Assembly (NCBI RefSeq): GCF_006345805.1 | Contig: NC_043013.1 | Location: 28,830,001-28,894,000 of the forward strand | Direction: 5' to 3' | Source: Octopus sinensis | Lineage: Eukaryota | Length of the DNA: 64,000 nucleotides | Part shown: positions 1 through 12,101 of the stretch, in pieces | Numbering within the stretch: the first letter of the stretch is position 1 | Layout of the letters: each line of letters starts with the position of its first letter | The notes under the pieces: model-generated | The model's database searches: none | The model's input: only the letters and a program-made list of their open reading frames with translations | What the model was told of the DNA's origin: nothing | Position numbers and translations under genes: made by a program

Positions 1-1635
1 TCAAAATATTTCATTGCATCTTTTGAATTTCCTTTACACCTTTTTTTCTCAAAAATCGATTTCATTCTTCTTGTGAACATCAACTCTGTGGGTGACTTTG
101 CTGAATTTGTACTTGGATTGGGGGTTACTGTATATACCCTTAAGAATTTTGTTAGTGCTTCGTCATTACTTAATTCATTCCAAACTTTTCTTAATGCTCT
201 TTTGAATGTGTTCACAAATCTTTCTACCTTCCCATTTGACCTTGGATGGTAGGGTGGAGTGAAAATATGCTTTATTGCATGCATTTTTCAGAAGTTCTTG
301 AATTCATAGCCTGAGAATTGTGTTCCATTATCAGAAACTAATGTGTCTGGAACACTGGATCATGCAAACACTTCATATAGGAACTTTATAGTTGTCTTAG
401 CGGTTGGTTTATTGTATGTGCATAGCTCTGGCCACATTGTACAGCTGTCTACCACAATTAGATAGTAAGCACTGTTCACCAGTCCAGCAAAGTCGATATG
501 TAACCTAGACCATGGGTCCTCAGTCTTCAGCCACAACTGATATTTTACTGGTGGGGCTTCGGCTGTGAGCTCACAACTTTGTCAAGTTCTCACCAAATTT
601 TTGATATCCCTGCCCATAGTCAGCCAATAGATATAGTTTCTCATCAGAACTTCCATCCTCAACATTCCCAGGTGTTTGCTGTGGAACTGCTGCAATACAC
701 ATTTTTGTAATGCAGTCGGTATTACCACCCTTTGTGCATACATCAGAATATTGTCGCATATTGAGAAACTAATCAAATGTGTACTTTTATTCTGCTTATT
801 TTTTAAAGCTTCTTTCATTTTTGTAATATACTCATCGCCTACAGATTTCATTCTTATATCCTGTGCAGTCACTGGCAGTTCTTGAAGAACATTAGTGAAG
901 ATACTTTTTTTATTTCATTTTCTGCCTGCTGTGTGACTCTCATGGTATCTTCTAATGATTCCCTATTTTGGGGAATTAATCTCAATAGACAGTCTGCATA
1001 ACCAATTTTTTTTATGGAATATACTGCATTTTGAAATTGTAATTTAGTAATATTACACCTCAATGTTGCAGTTGGTTCACTGTATGGGTAAGTAACCCTT
1101 TCTTTGACCTGTAAATTGATTGCAACGGTTAATGATCTGTTTATAACAGAAAACTTCAACTATGAAGAAACCTGTTAAATTTTTTCACAGCAAAGATAAT
1201 TGATAGGGCTTCTTTTTCAATCAAACTGTAGTTTTTCTCTGCCAGTGTCAGTGAGTGTGAAACATGAATCACTAATTTTGTACTTCCATCTTTATACCTG
1301 TGTTGCAAAACTGCTCCTATTCTGTATTCTGAAGCATCAAATGCTACAACAATGTCCATTTCAGGATCGAAATGCACGACAGACAAATCTGTGATTAGAA
1401 TTTTTTTCCATTTCTTCAAATATGTTTTGGCATTTAACCAACCAATTCCACTTTACTTTCTTTTTTAATAAGTCATTCAATGGAATTCTTAATTTGTGCA
1501 TATTAGGAATGTAGTTTTGGTAGTAGTTTGCCAGCCCAAGAAATGCTTGTAATACTGGTATATTTATCAGAGTTGGCATATTCTTTATTGCACCTGCCCT
1601 CGAAAGGTCAGGCTGTTTATCATTTTAATCAATTA

Positions 1636-2036
1636 CTAGCAGTATAGCCCAGCATTGCTCGGGCTTGTTTTCTTTTCGACCCTTTAGAATTGGAATTTTT
1701 GAAAAGTAACAATTTTGCATTATGTAGCTTGTTATTCTCTTTCAGTGAACATTTTTCTGGTTGAAATACACCGAAAAATGACGACACAGCAGTCAAAAAA
1801 TCATAAAAAATTGGGATTTTCATAGAAAAAAAAAAGCACCTTTTTGATGTAAATAATTTTTGGTGTTAACATGGTCCGATTTGAATTTTTTCTTCTACGG
1901 AAGGACGAGCAAACCTTCTTCTATCATACTCTCAATTTTGGTCAACTTGCGCCGCAGGGTCTCGGAGGAGATAGTGTTAGTTGAAGGCTACCAAACCTGC
2001 CATACACAGACAACTTCAGCTTTATATATAGAGAGA
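1636..2036 (-). mobile_element. Non-autonomous Helitron-like element inserted in gypsy RT
   Basis: Minus strand reads A|TCTCTCTATATATAAA...CCCGAGCAATGCTGGG hairpin...CTAG|T, with no TSD. Removing it restores RT EMKYLGQIID. Confidence 0.85.
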
Positions 2037-4070
2037 TTTGCCCTAAGTACTTCATTTGATGCAAAAGAATTTGCATTTTTCTTCACTCAAAGTGAACCTG
2101 TAATCTTTAATTTCCTTTACATAGCTTTTATATGCTCCACATGCTGTTCACACGAATTACTCTTAATCAATATATCATTCAAATAAGGGATTACAAATTC
2201 ACAATCAGATAACATAGCATCCATGATTTGCTGAAATATTGCCAGTGCAACCTTTAATCCAGAAGGTAACCGGGTATATCTGTACAATCTTCTATGTGTA
2301 TTTATTGTCAGATACTTTGAGCACTTGTCATTTACTTTAATCTGTAAATATGCATTAGACATGCAATTTGGAGAAAATATTTTCATCATTTAATTTTGTA
2401 AAAATGTCCTCTGAATTTGTGAAGGGATGGTGGCATGTCTTTAAACAGTCATTCAGTCCTGTAGAGAAATCAGCACACAATCTAATCTTATTCTTTTTCT
2501 TTTTAATGTACACCATGGGTGCCACCCACTTAGAGTAAACCACCATTATGGCCACAGCTCATAAGCTGAAACTAGAATCAATCAATCAATCATTTTGATG
2601 GTTCTGTTAGATTTAAATACAGCCACAGTATTCTCACTTACTTGAAAGCAGACTTCAGTCCTTTTTACACAGATTTAAGTCCTCTGATAATACTTGAGGA
2701 AACATCTTTTTCAATTTTCTCTTCAATTCCTCAAACAATTTATTTTTAACCATTTATGTTTTCGCAGTAGAGACTTATGGGGAGGTGCCATAAGTCAAAT
2801 AACTCTAACCAATCTGTACCAAACAAATAGATTGTATTCTCCACAATGAATATTTTTGCTTTGCGTGATTCTCCTCAAAATGTGACATCTGTACACATTT
2901 CCCCCATGAAATGTAATTTATCGCCTGTCATGCCACGCACAATTTTCGCTGTTTTACGTAACCTTGGTTTCTTGATTCTTCTCCATGTATCCACATTTAT
3001 GATTGAAACATCACTACCCGTATCCAACTGCAGTTTAATATTTACATAATTTATTTTTATGTGTATGAATTTTCTTGATTTTGTGTTGCATTCACTTTCT
3101 GCTGAAACTTTAGATCCTTAGAACTTTTTGTGTTTGACCCTTGTAGTCTTGTCCTGCACTGTGAGCCCTTATGACCAAATTTCAGACAACTATAGCATTT
3201 TTGGTTTTTAAACAGACACGTTTTTCTGAAGTGTAGGCCTCCTCATCCATAACATGGATTGGGGCCTGACACTCTTTTTTGGTTGTACTTTCTTGGAACC
3301 TTTCTCTTGAACTTTTATCATGTTGTGCTTCAGGTTTACCATTGTTTGACATTCTTCTGCAATGGTATTCAGGGTTAAGTCTTGGTTAGTTTGCTCCATT
3401 TTTGAGAGAATCCTTGCCTGAATTTCTCTATCTTCAGTTACTGTAAGGCCTTGGAAGAAGATAAGGGATTTAAACATATCCTGAGTGAGTTCCTACAGTT
3501 TAAAGTTTTCACACATATAATTGACTACTCTGGCATATTTAATAAAAATCATCATTGTCATTTTTTGTTAAGTTCCAACACTCCGAGTGTTAAATAACGA
3601 AATTTTGCCACAAAAGTTCTTTGAGAGTAATTCAATAGTTTCTTGGAAACCAATCTCACTTGACTTTTGGGGCAATATAAAGTTACAGTAGCATTCATGC
3701 TTGGCCAGAGCTACCTTTCATAGTAATAACCTCACTTTCTCATCATCCAACCATGACTTGCAATCTTTGTTAAAATGTTCCTCGTACCTTCTATAGTACA
3801 CATGAAACATAATACCCTCCTCTGGATTATAAGTGAATTCAGAAACTGAGTTTGCCACTATGTCTAGCATAAACGAACTTACCGATTCAGAATTCCTTAA
3901 CTGTAATTCAATTAACTGTTGTTTCTATTATTGTAATATTTGCTTCTGCAACTCTTGTAGTTGTTCCTGTTGCTTCTCTTGAAGCTGTATTATGGCAGCT
4001 AATAGGTTCCATAATTTAACAATTTGTATAATGCGCAAATTATCAAATAATTTATGTGAGCTTTAAAAAT

Positions 4071-4082
4071 TCCTTGTCACCA
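4071..4082 (-). promoter_or_regulatory. Primer-binding site of the gypsy element
   Basis: TGGTGACAAGGA directly after the LTR end ..AACA-tc and about 60 nt before the gag ATG. Confidence 0.7.
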
Positions 4083-4084
4083 GA

Positions 4085-4362
4085 TGTTATATCCTTATGC
4101 CTCATTGACAGTTGATATTGTCAATGATAGATAAAGAATACACTGCAACAGTGTTATAACAATACAAAATAGAAACAGCAGCAGTAACAAACATGTAACA
4201 AACCAACAATCTTTTACGAACCAACAATCAATATTTCCAACATACTAACTCAAACTGTAAACTGTACCTGGACTTCGAAGACCTAACTACAAACTGCTGA
4301 CTCTGTTAGACTATTTAGTGGTGCCATCTATTCTCGTCAGAGGGTGTTGTACTCTTACTACA
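4085..4362 (-). mobile_element. 5' LTR of the gypsy element
   Basis: On the minus strand it begins TGTAGT and ends ATAACA, and is followed 2 nt later by a PBS-like TGGTGACAAGGA. The partner LTR is outside the window, so the 4362 end cannot be confirmed. Confidence 0.65.
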
Positions 4363-4681
4363 ACAGGCAAAGTTGATCTTAACTGGATTTGAATTCAGAA
4401 TGTAAAAAGCCAGAAGAAACCCCTCCAACCATTTTGCTTGATGTACCAATGATTCCGCCAGCTTGCTGCTTTGTTTCTAAGATTGTTATCTAATTTTTAG
4501 TGACGAGGTTGCAAATAGTGCTACAAAAATTTTGACACCAAATAATAAATGACTAAGCAAAAATTAATGGTTTCTGTGTGTTCTGGAATGGCTAATAAAT
4601 GCCTCTTATGCTATAATTGTTTTAGTTTCACCACATGGTCTTTGACCACTTGACAGACAAGTACGACTCTGAAATGACCTA

Positions 4682-5201
4682 CCATAAATCTTCGAGTATA
4701 GTCTGCCTTTGAGTATAATACGCAGGGGATTTTTAGGGGGCTGTACTTCTGAAAAACCTAAACCATGTGTATAATACACACCCCTTCTCTAACTTGAGTT
4801 GTGTGTAATTAAGCCAGCAGCACCTAGTTGAACAAACACTTCCACACATGCGTAATACAATAATGGTGATGTTCTTAACTGTTATATGGGAATGTAAATA
4901 TGTTTGCAAATTATTTTTGTTACATGTTATTCTGTGTTCTGAATACTTTTATTTTAATAAATGTTGGTTACTGCAAGTTATGGATGATTCTTTTAAGACT
5001 TCATTGCATTCAGGCTTAGCTTAAGGTATTTCGCGCCCGACATCACAAAATGCTCTGAATAAACATTGCCAGACAGCAAATAGAGACTCGGACATTGCTC
5101 AGAAAATATTTTTCATTTTTAACCTTGTATATAGTATGCACTAGGGATTTTGACCTTTAAATTTTGGGGAAAAAATGCGGATTATACTCGAGCATTTATG
5201 G
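4682..5201. mobile_element. Tc1/mariner-superfamily (pogo/Tc2-like) MITE
   Basis: TA flanks at 4680-81 and 5202-03. Imperfect TIRs CCATAAATCTTCGAGTATAGTCTGC / GCGGATTATACTCGAGCATTTATGG. Confidence 0.75.
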
Positions 5202-5481
5202 TAAATTGTTCTTTCTTTTCCAAAACAGTAAGATATGATTTGAAGGAAAATTCTCAGCTTTTTCTAGGAATGTGGACAATCACATAGAGACTACTTCTTT
5301 GGATTATTTTGTATTTAGATTTTTAAGTGATTGGCAAACTAGCTTTTCATTTTGTTTATGTCAGTGTCAGGTGTAATAATCTGCTTGTAATAATCTTACA
5401 ATTGCAGACAGAATTATTTGGAAACTTTACCATACAGACAAATGCCAATCCGATAGAAAATTAGAAAATACTGTAATACCA

Positions 5482-5482
<1 letters not shown>

Positions 5483-5561
<79 letters not shown>

Positions 5562-5645
5562 AGTCCATCCGTCCATCCGTCCTTCCTTCCTTCCTTCCTT
5601 CCTTCCTTCCTCCCCCCTCTCTCTCTCACACACACACACTCACAT
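5483..5645. repeat. Compound microsatellite (TATC)n-(TCCA)-(TTCC)n-(CT)-(CA)
   Basis: Read directly from sequence. Confidence 0.95.
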
Positions 5646-5889
5646 ACACGTGTGTTTATCTTGAAATTGATATCTGGGTGATTTAATATAGAGTAAAGAT
5701 ACAAGTATGGTGTGTGGCTGAGAAGTTTGCTTCTGTTTTTGAGTTCGGTCCCACCGCATGGCACCTTGGGCAACTATCTTCTACTGTAGCCCCAGGCTGA
5801 TGAAAGCCTTGTGAGTGGATTGGGCAGATGGAAACTGAAAGAAGTTCATTCTATATCATCATTATCATTTTGATATTGGTTGGATATGT

Positions 5890-6100
5890 GAAGGCACATG
5901 GCTCAGTAGTTAGAGTGTCAGGCTTACAATTGTGAGGTTGAGAGTTCAATTCCTGGACCAATCATTGTGTAGTGTTCTTGAGTAAGACACTTTATTTCAC
6001 ATTGTTCAAGTTCACTCAGCTTGGTCTTGGGCCTCAGAGGGGAACTTTCTAAGTGCAATCCCATGGTCAATCATGACTGAAGGGGTTCTTCACTGGGGTC
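5890..6100 (+). mobile_element. tRNA-derived SINE, local family B (internally deleted)
   Basis: A-box TGGCTCAGTAG and B-box GAGTTCAATTCC. Body and tail are shared with copies at 15080-15760 and 31490-31785. Confidence 0.75.
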
Positions 6101-6471
6101 AGACAGAACTTACTGAGGTAGATTTTTCTACAGCCAGATGCCCTTCCTGTTGCTAACCCTCATCTGTTTCCAAGTAAAGTAATATTCCCCATGGCCAGAC
6201 ATGTTTTCATGGAAGATTGGGAATGAAGGACCTTGCTTGCATGTTGGTAATTTTCATTAACAACTATTAATGAAGCTGAGACAAGAAGACAGTAATGCAT
6301 ACACACAGACACACACACACATATACATTTATGATGGGCTTCTTTCAGTTTCCATATACCAAAATCCACTCCCAAGGTGCCATGTAGTGCAACTGAACTC
6401 AGGACTGCATGGTTGGGAAGTAAAAGGATTGGATGAGTATGGTTGCAATGACCTTGAACATGGGTCTATAT

Positions 6472-6974
6472 ACTGATTCCAAGCAAACTGTTCTAGTTGT
6501 GAGAGTTGAATGTTGCAGGAATTGAGGACAAGCTTAAGATGGTCCCTGGACCTCTTCTTGGGTCCCCCATGCAGGCAAACACCAGTTGATAGCTCTCCGA
6601 AGAAGACCATTTTTGGGAGACAATTATCTGGCATCCTGATAATGTGTCCAACCCATCTTAGAAGATGACTTTGGATGATGGATTCAATGCTGGAGATTCC
6701 TGTTTGCTGGAGAATTTCTACATGGAGGGACCTTATTTTTCCAAGGAACTGCACACTTTCAACCAATCCAGCGTGAGAAACTTGAGGAAAAGAAACATCA
6801 ACCTCATCTCAGACTCACCAACAACATAACAGGCGACTTCCCTTGTCATCTGTGTTCAAGGACATGCCATTCCAGGATCGGAGTGTTTTCACATCTGTCA
6901 ACTCACAAAATGCAGCATAAGACTCCTAGAGGGCAACATCATCACCAACATTGACGGACAGCTATAAGCAAATA
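6472..6974 (+). mobile_element. RTE-clade LINE 3' end with inverted 5' segment
   Basis: 6472-6720 on minus encodes EILQQTGISSIES..LRWVGHIIRMPDNCLPK..LEQFAWN. 6720-6950 on plus continues TWRDLIFQG..REKLEEK..CHLCSRTCHSRIGVFSHLSTH. Imperfect TSD aaca(t)gggtct(a/g)tat. Confidence 0.85.
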
Positions 6975-7161
6975 AACAGGGTCTGTATGATTTGGGATGA
7001 CCTGATACCCTTAACCCTCACACCATCAACCCCCATCAGCCCTTATACTCTTATTAACAATACTACTACTTCACATATAAATACAATTTTTTTCTTTGTT
7101 GTTGATTTTAAAATAAAAAAAAAATGATTCATCTACTAATTTTGTATCATTTCTTTGTTAG

Positions 7162-7292
7162 ATTATAAAATTAATGAAGATTGAAAAAGGGAAGAAAAAC
7201 AAAACCAATTTGTTTTACCTCACTGGCAATCGTGTTCTGAAGTATTTGAGTCGTGGTTATGAAGCAGAGAAATCTCTTGTTGCTGTATTCAA
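7162..7292 (+). CDS. AARSD1: AARSD1 (AlaX alanyl-tRNA editing protein) internal exon
   Basis: Acceptor ttctttgttag, donor gtaagt; 131 nt (phase 0 to 2). Translates IIKLMKIEKGKKNKTNLFYLTGNRVLKYLSRGYEAEKSLVAVF, matching recalled human AARSD1 VIKILGTEKGKKNRTNLIFLSGNRVLKWMERSHGTEKALTALL. Confidence 0.93.
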
Positions 7293-7575
7293 GTAAGTAA
7301 AGTGCAAAATGATTTTCTTTTATGCAAAGCAACCACAATTTTACAAAAAAATTTCCTTGTTACACACATACACACACACCTCTTGTCATCATCACCCCTT
7401 TGATGTACACTTTTTCTTGTTCATGGTGATTGGACAAAATTTGTTGGGGCAGACTTTTCTCCAGCCAGATGACCATCCTGTAGCTAAGCCTCATGTTTAC
7501 ACAAAAGACTGAGAAAGAAGGGCACTAGTTAACAACTGTCATGTGAAGCCGAGACAAGAGGATAGCAACCACCAG

Positions 7576-7642
<67 letters not shown>

Positions 7643-7779
7643 AGAGTATCCAGCTGTAGAAACTATATCAAAGCAGACAGTGGACTTTGATGTCGTCTTC
7701 TGGTTTTCCAGCTCCTCTCAAACCATTTAAGCCATACCAGAATGGAAGATAGACATTAAATGATGATATATATCATCAT

Positions 7780-8068
7780 CATCATTGTTGTTATTTAATG
7801 TCCGTTTTCCATGCTGGCATGGGTTGGATGGTTTGACTGAGGTCTAGAGAGCCAGCGGCTTCACCAGGCTCCAATCTGATCTAGCAATGTTTGTACAGCT
7901 GGATGCTTTTCCTGATGCCAACCACTCCGAGAGTGCAGTGGGTACTTTTTATGTGCCATCGGTACAGGAGCCAGTCAGGCGGGTCAGACATTGATCACGT
8001 TCAGATAGCGCCTTTTATGTGCCACCGGCATGGGAGTCAGTCAGGTGGACATATATATATTATATATG

Positions 8069-8107
<39 letters not shown>

Positions 8108-8500
8108 CATCATCATCAAACGTCCGCTTTCCATGCTAGTATGGGTTGGACGATTTGACTGAGGTCTGGTGAACCAGACTCCAATCTGATCTGGCAGAGT
8201 TTCTACTGCTGGATGCCCTTCTTAATGCCAACCACTCCGAGATTTTAGTGGGTGCTTTTACGTGCCACCGGCACGAGGGCCAGTTTGGTGGTACTGGCAA
8301 CGGCCATGCCCAAATGGTGCTTTTTATGTGCCCCCTGCACAGGAGCCAGTCCAGTGGCACTAGCGACGACCTTGCTCGAATGTTTCACGTGCCACCAGCA
8401 CAAGTGCTAGTAAGGCGACATGGTAATGATCATGCTTGAATAGTGTGTTTAACATGCCATCGGCACGAAGGCCAGCTCGTTGCTCTGGCAATGATCTCAC
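7780..8500 (-). mobile_element. Two adjacent copies of local family C (RTE-type LINE 3'UTR/tail with (GAT)n end and ~60-65 bp internal modules)
   Basis: Tail complement catcatcat-ttaa(c/t)gtccg..ttccatgct(a/g)gcatgggttgga at 7780 and 8105. Same sequence as the 3' end of the LINE at 50225-51067. Other copies at about 9935, 15270, 19745, 21340, 26000, 29700, 42170, 44860, 46700, 51260, 51890 and 60330. Confidence 0.8.
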
Positions 8501-8652
8501 TCGTAATATATGTATTTCTTATTCTAGCAGCTACACTTTCAGTGAGAAGGTGCACTGAAAGTGTAAGGTTTACAGTGAATTTCTTTCAGTTTCAGTCTAC
8601 TAAATCTACAAACAAGGCTTTGGTTGGTTTGGAGAAATTAATGGTAAATTTT

Positions 8653-8870
8653 GGAAAGTATACCTGCACGATTTTCACTAAGAAAAGAAAAAAAACCACA
8701 CAAAACATTGAATGTTTATGGAAGGATATCAAAGAGTGGACAAGAAGGCCAGGTATTTGGTCAAAATATTTGCATCAATACCTGGCCAGATATTTATTTA
8801 TCTCCTCAGAGAAAAATAAACCACTCTTATTCCACAAATTTGTTTGAGAGGCAGCCCAATTATATTTACC
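8653..8870 (+). mobile_element. Merlin (IS1016/IS1595-like) DNA transposon remnant
   Basis: Terminal GGAAAGTATACCTGCACGATTTTCACTAAGAAA followed by (H)TQNIECLWKDIKEWTRRPGIWSKYLHQYLARYLF, resembling the ISXO2/Merlin C-terminal catalytic helix. Confidence 0.6.
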
Positions 8871-9413
8871 CATCTCAGACCATCCTTCAACTACATAAGC
8901 ACAATTCCAAGGTGGATAATGCAAATTTGCACCTCCCCTTGAAAAAATGCATTTTTCTGAAAAATTTTATTTGGATTCCTAGGTTTTACATGTTGGAATA
9001 AACTTTTCAGAAAAATGCATTTTTGAAGGGGAGGTGTGAATCTGCATTGGCCCCATCTAAAAAATCTCATGATTTTAGTGGGTGTCATCCTTGAAAACTT
9101 CATGAATGTGAAAAACAAAACCAACATTTATGTAAAACATATTTCTGTGTTTATTTGGATAAGCTGCTAAAATTGTTGCACACAAAATCAAATGCTCTCC
9201 AGGCATTTGGCTGTTATTCTTAGCATATTGACATTTTCAGTTTCAGACAGTTTAGGATTTTTTCATAGAAAATTTGAAATTAAAAAAATTTTTTTCCATT
9301 TTCTTAATCTCCATATTTTTTCATATACATTGAAAAAATAAATTTGAAAAAAATAAAAAATTTGTGGGGGAATTTAAAATTTTGAGAATGTTCAGCGGTA
9401 ACTATGTAAATTT

Positions 9414-9446
<33 letters not shown>

Positions 9447-9669
9447 CCCACCTCACACAAAAAATGAAACCCAAACCAAGTTCAGGGGGAAATATCCAAA
9501 GTGATAGATTTTTGGGGTTTTTTCTAAGACACTGGTCCAGAGCCTGAAATGTTTGGTCGAGAAAAAAGTTTGTATTTTGTATTTTGTTGGGATTAATCCA
9601 ATGATTTGACAGCAAGGTAAGGAAATAAATACCTTCTTGTCTACAAATACATACACACTCTTATATATA

Positions 9670-9915
9670 TACAAATATTCTATAATTATAAGCATAATTA
9701 TAATCAGGGATCAGTTAATTGCTTCACCACACACCGAATTTAGAAACAGCAGTTAAAATACTTTTTCCACCACCATATGGTAGTGGTTATAATTATGCTT
9801 ATAATTATAGAATATTTGTACAATGTTATCCTAAAGGGTTATTTTAACGTACTAAACTACTTGGTAAAATTATTAATTATTAATTAATCAATTTTCCCCT
9901 TTTATTATTATTATC
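9670..9915. mobile_element. Fold-back element in (TA)n (PLE-like family, copy 1)
   Basis: 34-bp perfect inverted repeat 9670-9703 / 9787-9820. Shares tgc(c/t)tcaccacacaccgaa-ttagaaa-agcag and ..taccaagtag motifs with the 51500-51876 element. Confidence 0.6.
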
Positions 9916-10296
9916 AGTATATATATATCGTAAAAAGCACCATTCAAAAGTGATCGTTACCAGCATCGTCTTACTGGCACATGAAAAGCATTCGAGTGAG
10001 GTCATTACCAGTGCTGCTGGACTGGCTCCTGTGCAGGCGGCACATAAAAACACCACTTGAGTGTGGCCATTGCCAGTACCGCCTGACTGGTCCTCGTGCT
10101 AGTGGCACGTAAAAGCACCCACTACACTCTTGGAGTAGTTAGCGTTAGGAAGGGCATCCAGTAGAAACATTTCCAGATTATATTGAAGCTTGATGCAGCC
10201 ATCTGGTTCACCAGACCTCAGTCAAATCGTCCAACCCATGCTAGCATGGAAAGTGGACGTTAAATGATGATGATATATATATATATATATGTATGT

Positions 10297-10880
10297 GAAG
10301 GTGGAATCGTTCAGTGGTTAGGGCAGTGGACTCGCAGTCATAGGATTGCAGTCTTGATTCCTAGATCAAGCATTGTGTTTATTGGATGAAAATACCTAAA
10401 GCTCCCCAAAGCTCCGGCAGGGTGTGGTGGCGAACCCTGCTGTATTCTTTCACTGCAACTTTCTCTAACTCTTTCTTCCTGTTTCTGTTGTACCTGTATT
10501 TCAAAGGGGCCAGCCTTGTCACACTCTGTGTCATGCTGAATCTCCCCAAGAACTACGTTAACCCTTTTGATACTAACCCGGCTAAAACTGGCTCTGTAGT
10601 ATAAATGTCTTGTTTTCATAAGTTTTTCATTAAAATATACCACCAAACCATAGTCACAATTTATGATCCTAACAATAGCTGAATGATAAGTAAGTTATTT
10701 TACTAAATTCTTTGTTATATTTACAATTAATTGAAAGAAACACAGAGCATCTCAAAATGAATACGATAACAAAAGGGTTAAGGGTACATGTGTGTGTGGA
10801 GTGCTCAGCTATTTGCACGTTAATTTCACAAGCAGGCTGTTCCATTGATTGGAACCCTCGTTGTCATAACTGACAGAGTG
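10297..10880 (+). mobile_element. tRNA-derived SINE, local family E, split by a piggyBac-like MITE
   Basis: tRNA-like head gttcagtggttagggcagtggactcgcagtc..ttgattcc. The body resumes at gggtacatgtg after the MITE. Matches the minus copy at 19323-19680. Confidence 0.8.
10562..10777. mobile_element. piggyBac-like MITE
   Basis: TTAA TSD at 10558-61 and 10778-81. Termini CCCTTTTG..TA / ..AACAAAAGGG. Confidence 0.88.
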
Positions 10881-11019
10881 CCATGATGATGATATATGCA
10901 TACAGCCACACATATTTCGTACACTTCAGAAAAAATATTTTCAGCATAAAATACAATATAAACATTAACATATTAATTCACATAATACTAACTAATAAAT
11001 ATTTATTTAATAACAAACC

Positions 11020-11339
11020 ATGTGATCCTCCTCACTCTCAAAAACGTATTTCTGTAAAATGTTGAGGCTGGGGTGGGTTAAATTTCCGAGGGTTCCACCC
11101 CACACCACCCCATTTTCTGGACCAAAAAAAGTGTTTTGTGGCATATTAGGTGGTCATCGTAATTCATTCAATAAAAAAAAAAATTCCAATGATTCTCTCT
11201 GGTTCCATCCCTCTCCTTTTTCCAAACAAAAATAAGGGTTTTGTGGCACATTAGGAGGTCAGGGTACTTGATTTCATGCAAAAAATCTGAGTGTGTTTTT
11301 TTTATTTTTCTTAGTGAAAATTGTGCAGGTGTACTTTCC
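11020..11339 (-). mobile_element. Non-autonomous DNA element ending in the Merlin-type terminus
   Basis: ttcttagtgaaaattgtgcaggtgtactttcc is the reverse complement of the 8653 terminus. Confidence 0.55.
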
Positions 11340-11656
11340 AATGAGGGTGGGAGTGGGATGACATTTCCAAGCGTTCCACCCCACCCCATTTTCGTAAGTC
11401 AGTACCATGTTCTACTGCGAAAGCAGTGCTTGTTACTTTATTTTTAAGGTTGTTTACATCTGATGTCTCAATACGAAACATTGTAGCATAAATTATTGTT
11501 GGCTCCAGTTTTTTAGATTGTCTGTAGAAACAGCCTTAAATATAGTGTAAGAAGCACTGCTGATGCAGTGGGACATGGTATAAAAAAAAACATTTAGTAT
11601 ACTTCATAGTATATTGTGTGTGTATAACGAAGTACCACATAACTACAAACCTTTAT

Positions 11657-12101
11657 CCCTTTCGTTACCATATTTAGTTTGAAATGCTCTGTGTTTCTTC
11701 CAATTAATTTTAAATATAACAAAGAATTTAGTAAAATAACTTAGTTATCATTAAGCTGGTGTTAGGAACATAAATTGTGACTAAGGTTTAGTGGAAGATT
11801 TCAATTCAAAACTTTTGAAAACAAGACATTTGTACTACAGAACCAGAGGTGGTAATGAAAGGGTTAACTGACAGTCCAAGACATTTGTACTCAGAGCCAG
11901 AGCCAGTTTCAGTTGGGTTGGTATTAAAAGGGTTAAATATAACAAAAAATTTAGTAAAATAACTTAGTTATCATTAAGCTAGTGTTAAGAATATAAATTG
12001 TGACTAAGGTTTGGTAGAAGATTTTAATTCAAAACTTATGAAAACAAGACATTTGTACTACAGAGACAGAGGTGGTTTAAACTGGGTTGGTATCAAAAGG
12101 G
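11657..12101. mobile_element. Cluster of one full and two partial copies of the piggyBac-like MITE
   Basis: Reverse orientation relative to 10562-10777. Three right ends AAAGGG-TTAA/TTAG at about 11863, 11932 and 12101. Confidence 0.8.

Larger units (their letters stand above)
1..4084 (-). mobile_element. Decayed Ty3/gypsy (K02A2.6-like) LTR retrotransposon, internal region gag-PR-RT-RH-IN
   Basis: Minus-strand fragments in gypsy order: gag (LLAAIIQLQEKQQ..., EFTYNPEEG, FKSLIFFQGL..IQARILSKMEQ), protease LQLDTGSD (~3020), RT (WVAPMV, RLCADFSTGLN, YLNDILI), RNase H (DASEYRIGAVL, YSLIEKEALSII), integrase (HIDFAG, SDNG, YHPRSNGKVERF). Many stops and frameshifts; continues past position 1. Confidence 0.95.

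Noticed and set aside
8255-8500. Regular ~64-bp repeats with a conserved gtgccacc core, array-like
   Set aside because: Internal modules of repeat family C, found at many loci in the window; not repeat-spacer architecture.
8532-8565. 13-bp perfect hairpin TACACTTTCAGTG / CACTGAAAGTGTA
   Set aside because: Isolated between decayed repeats. No second copy or function could be supported.
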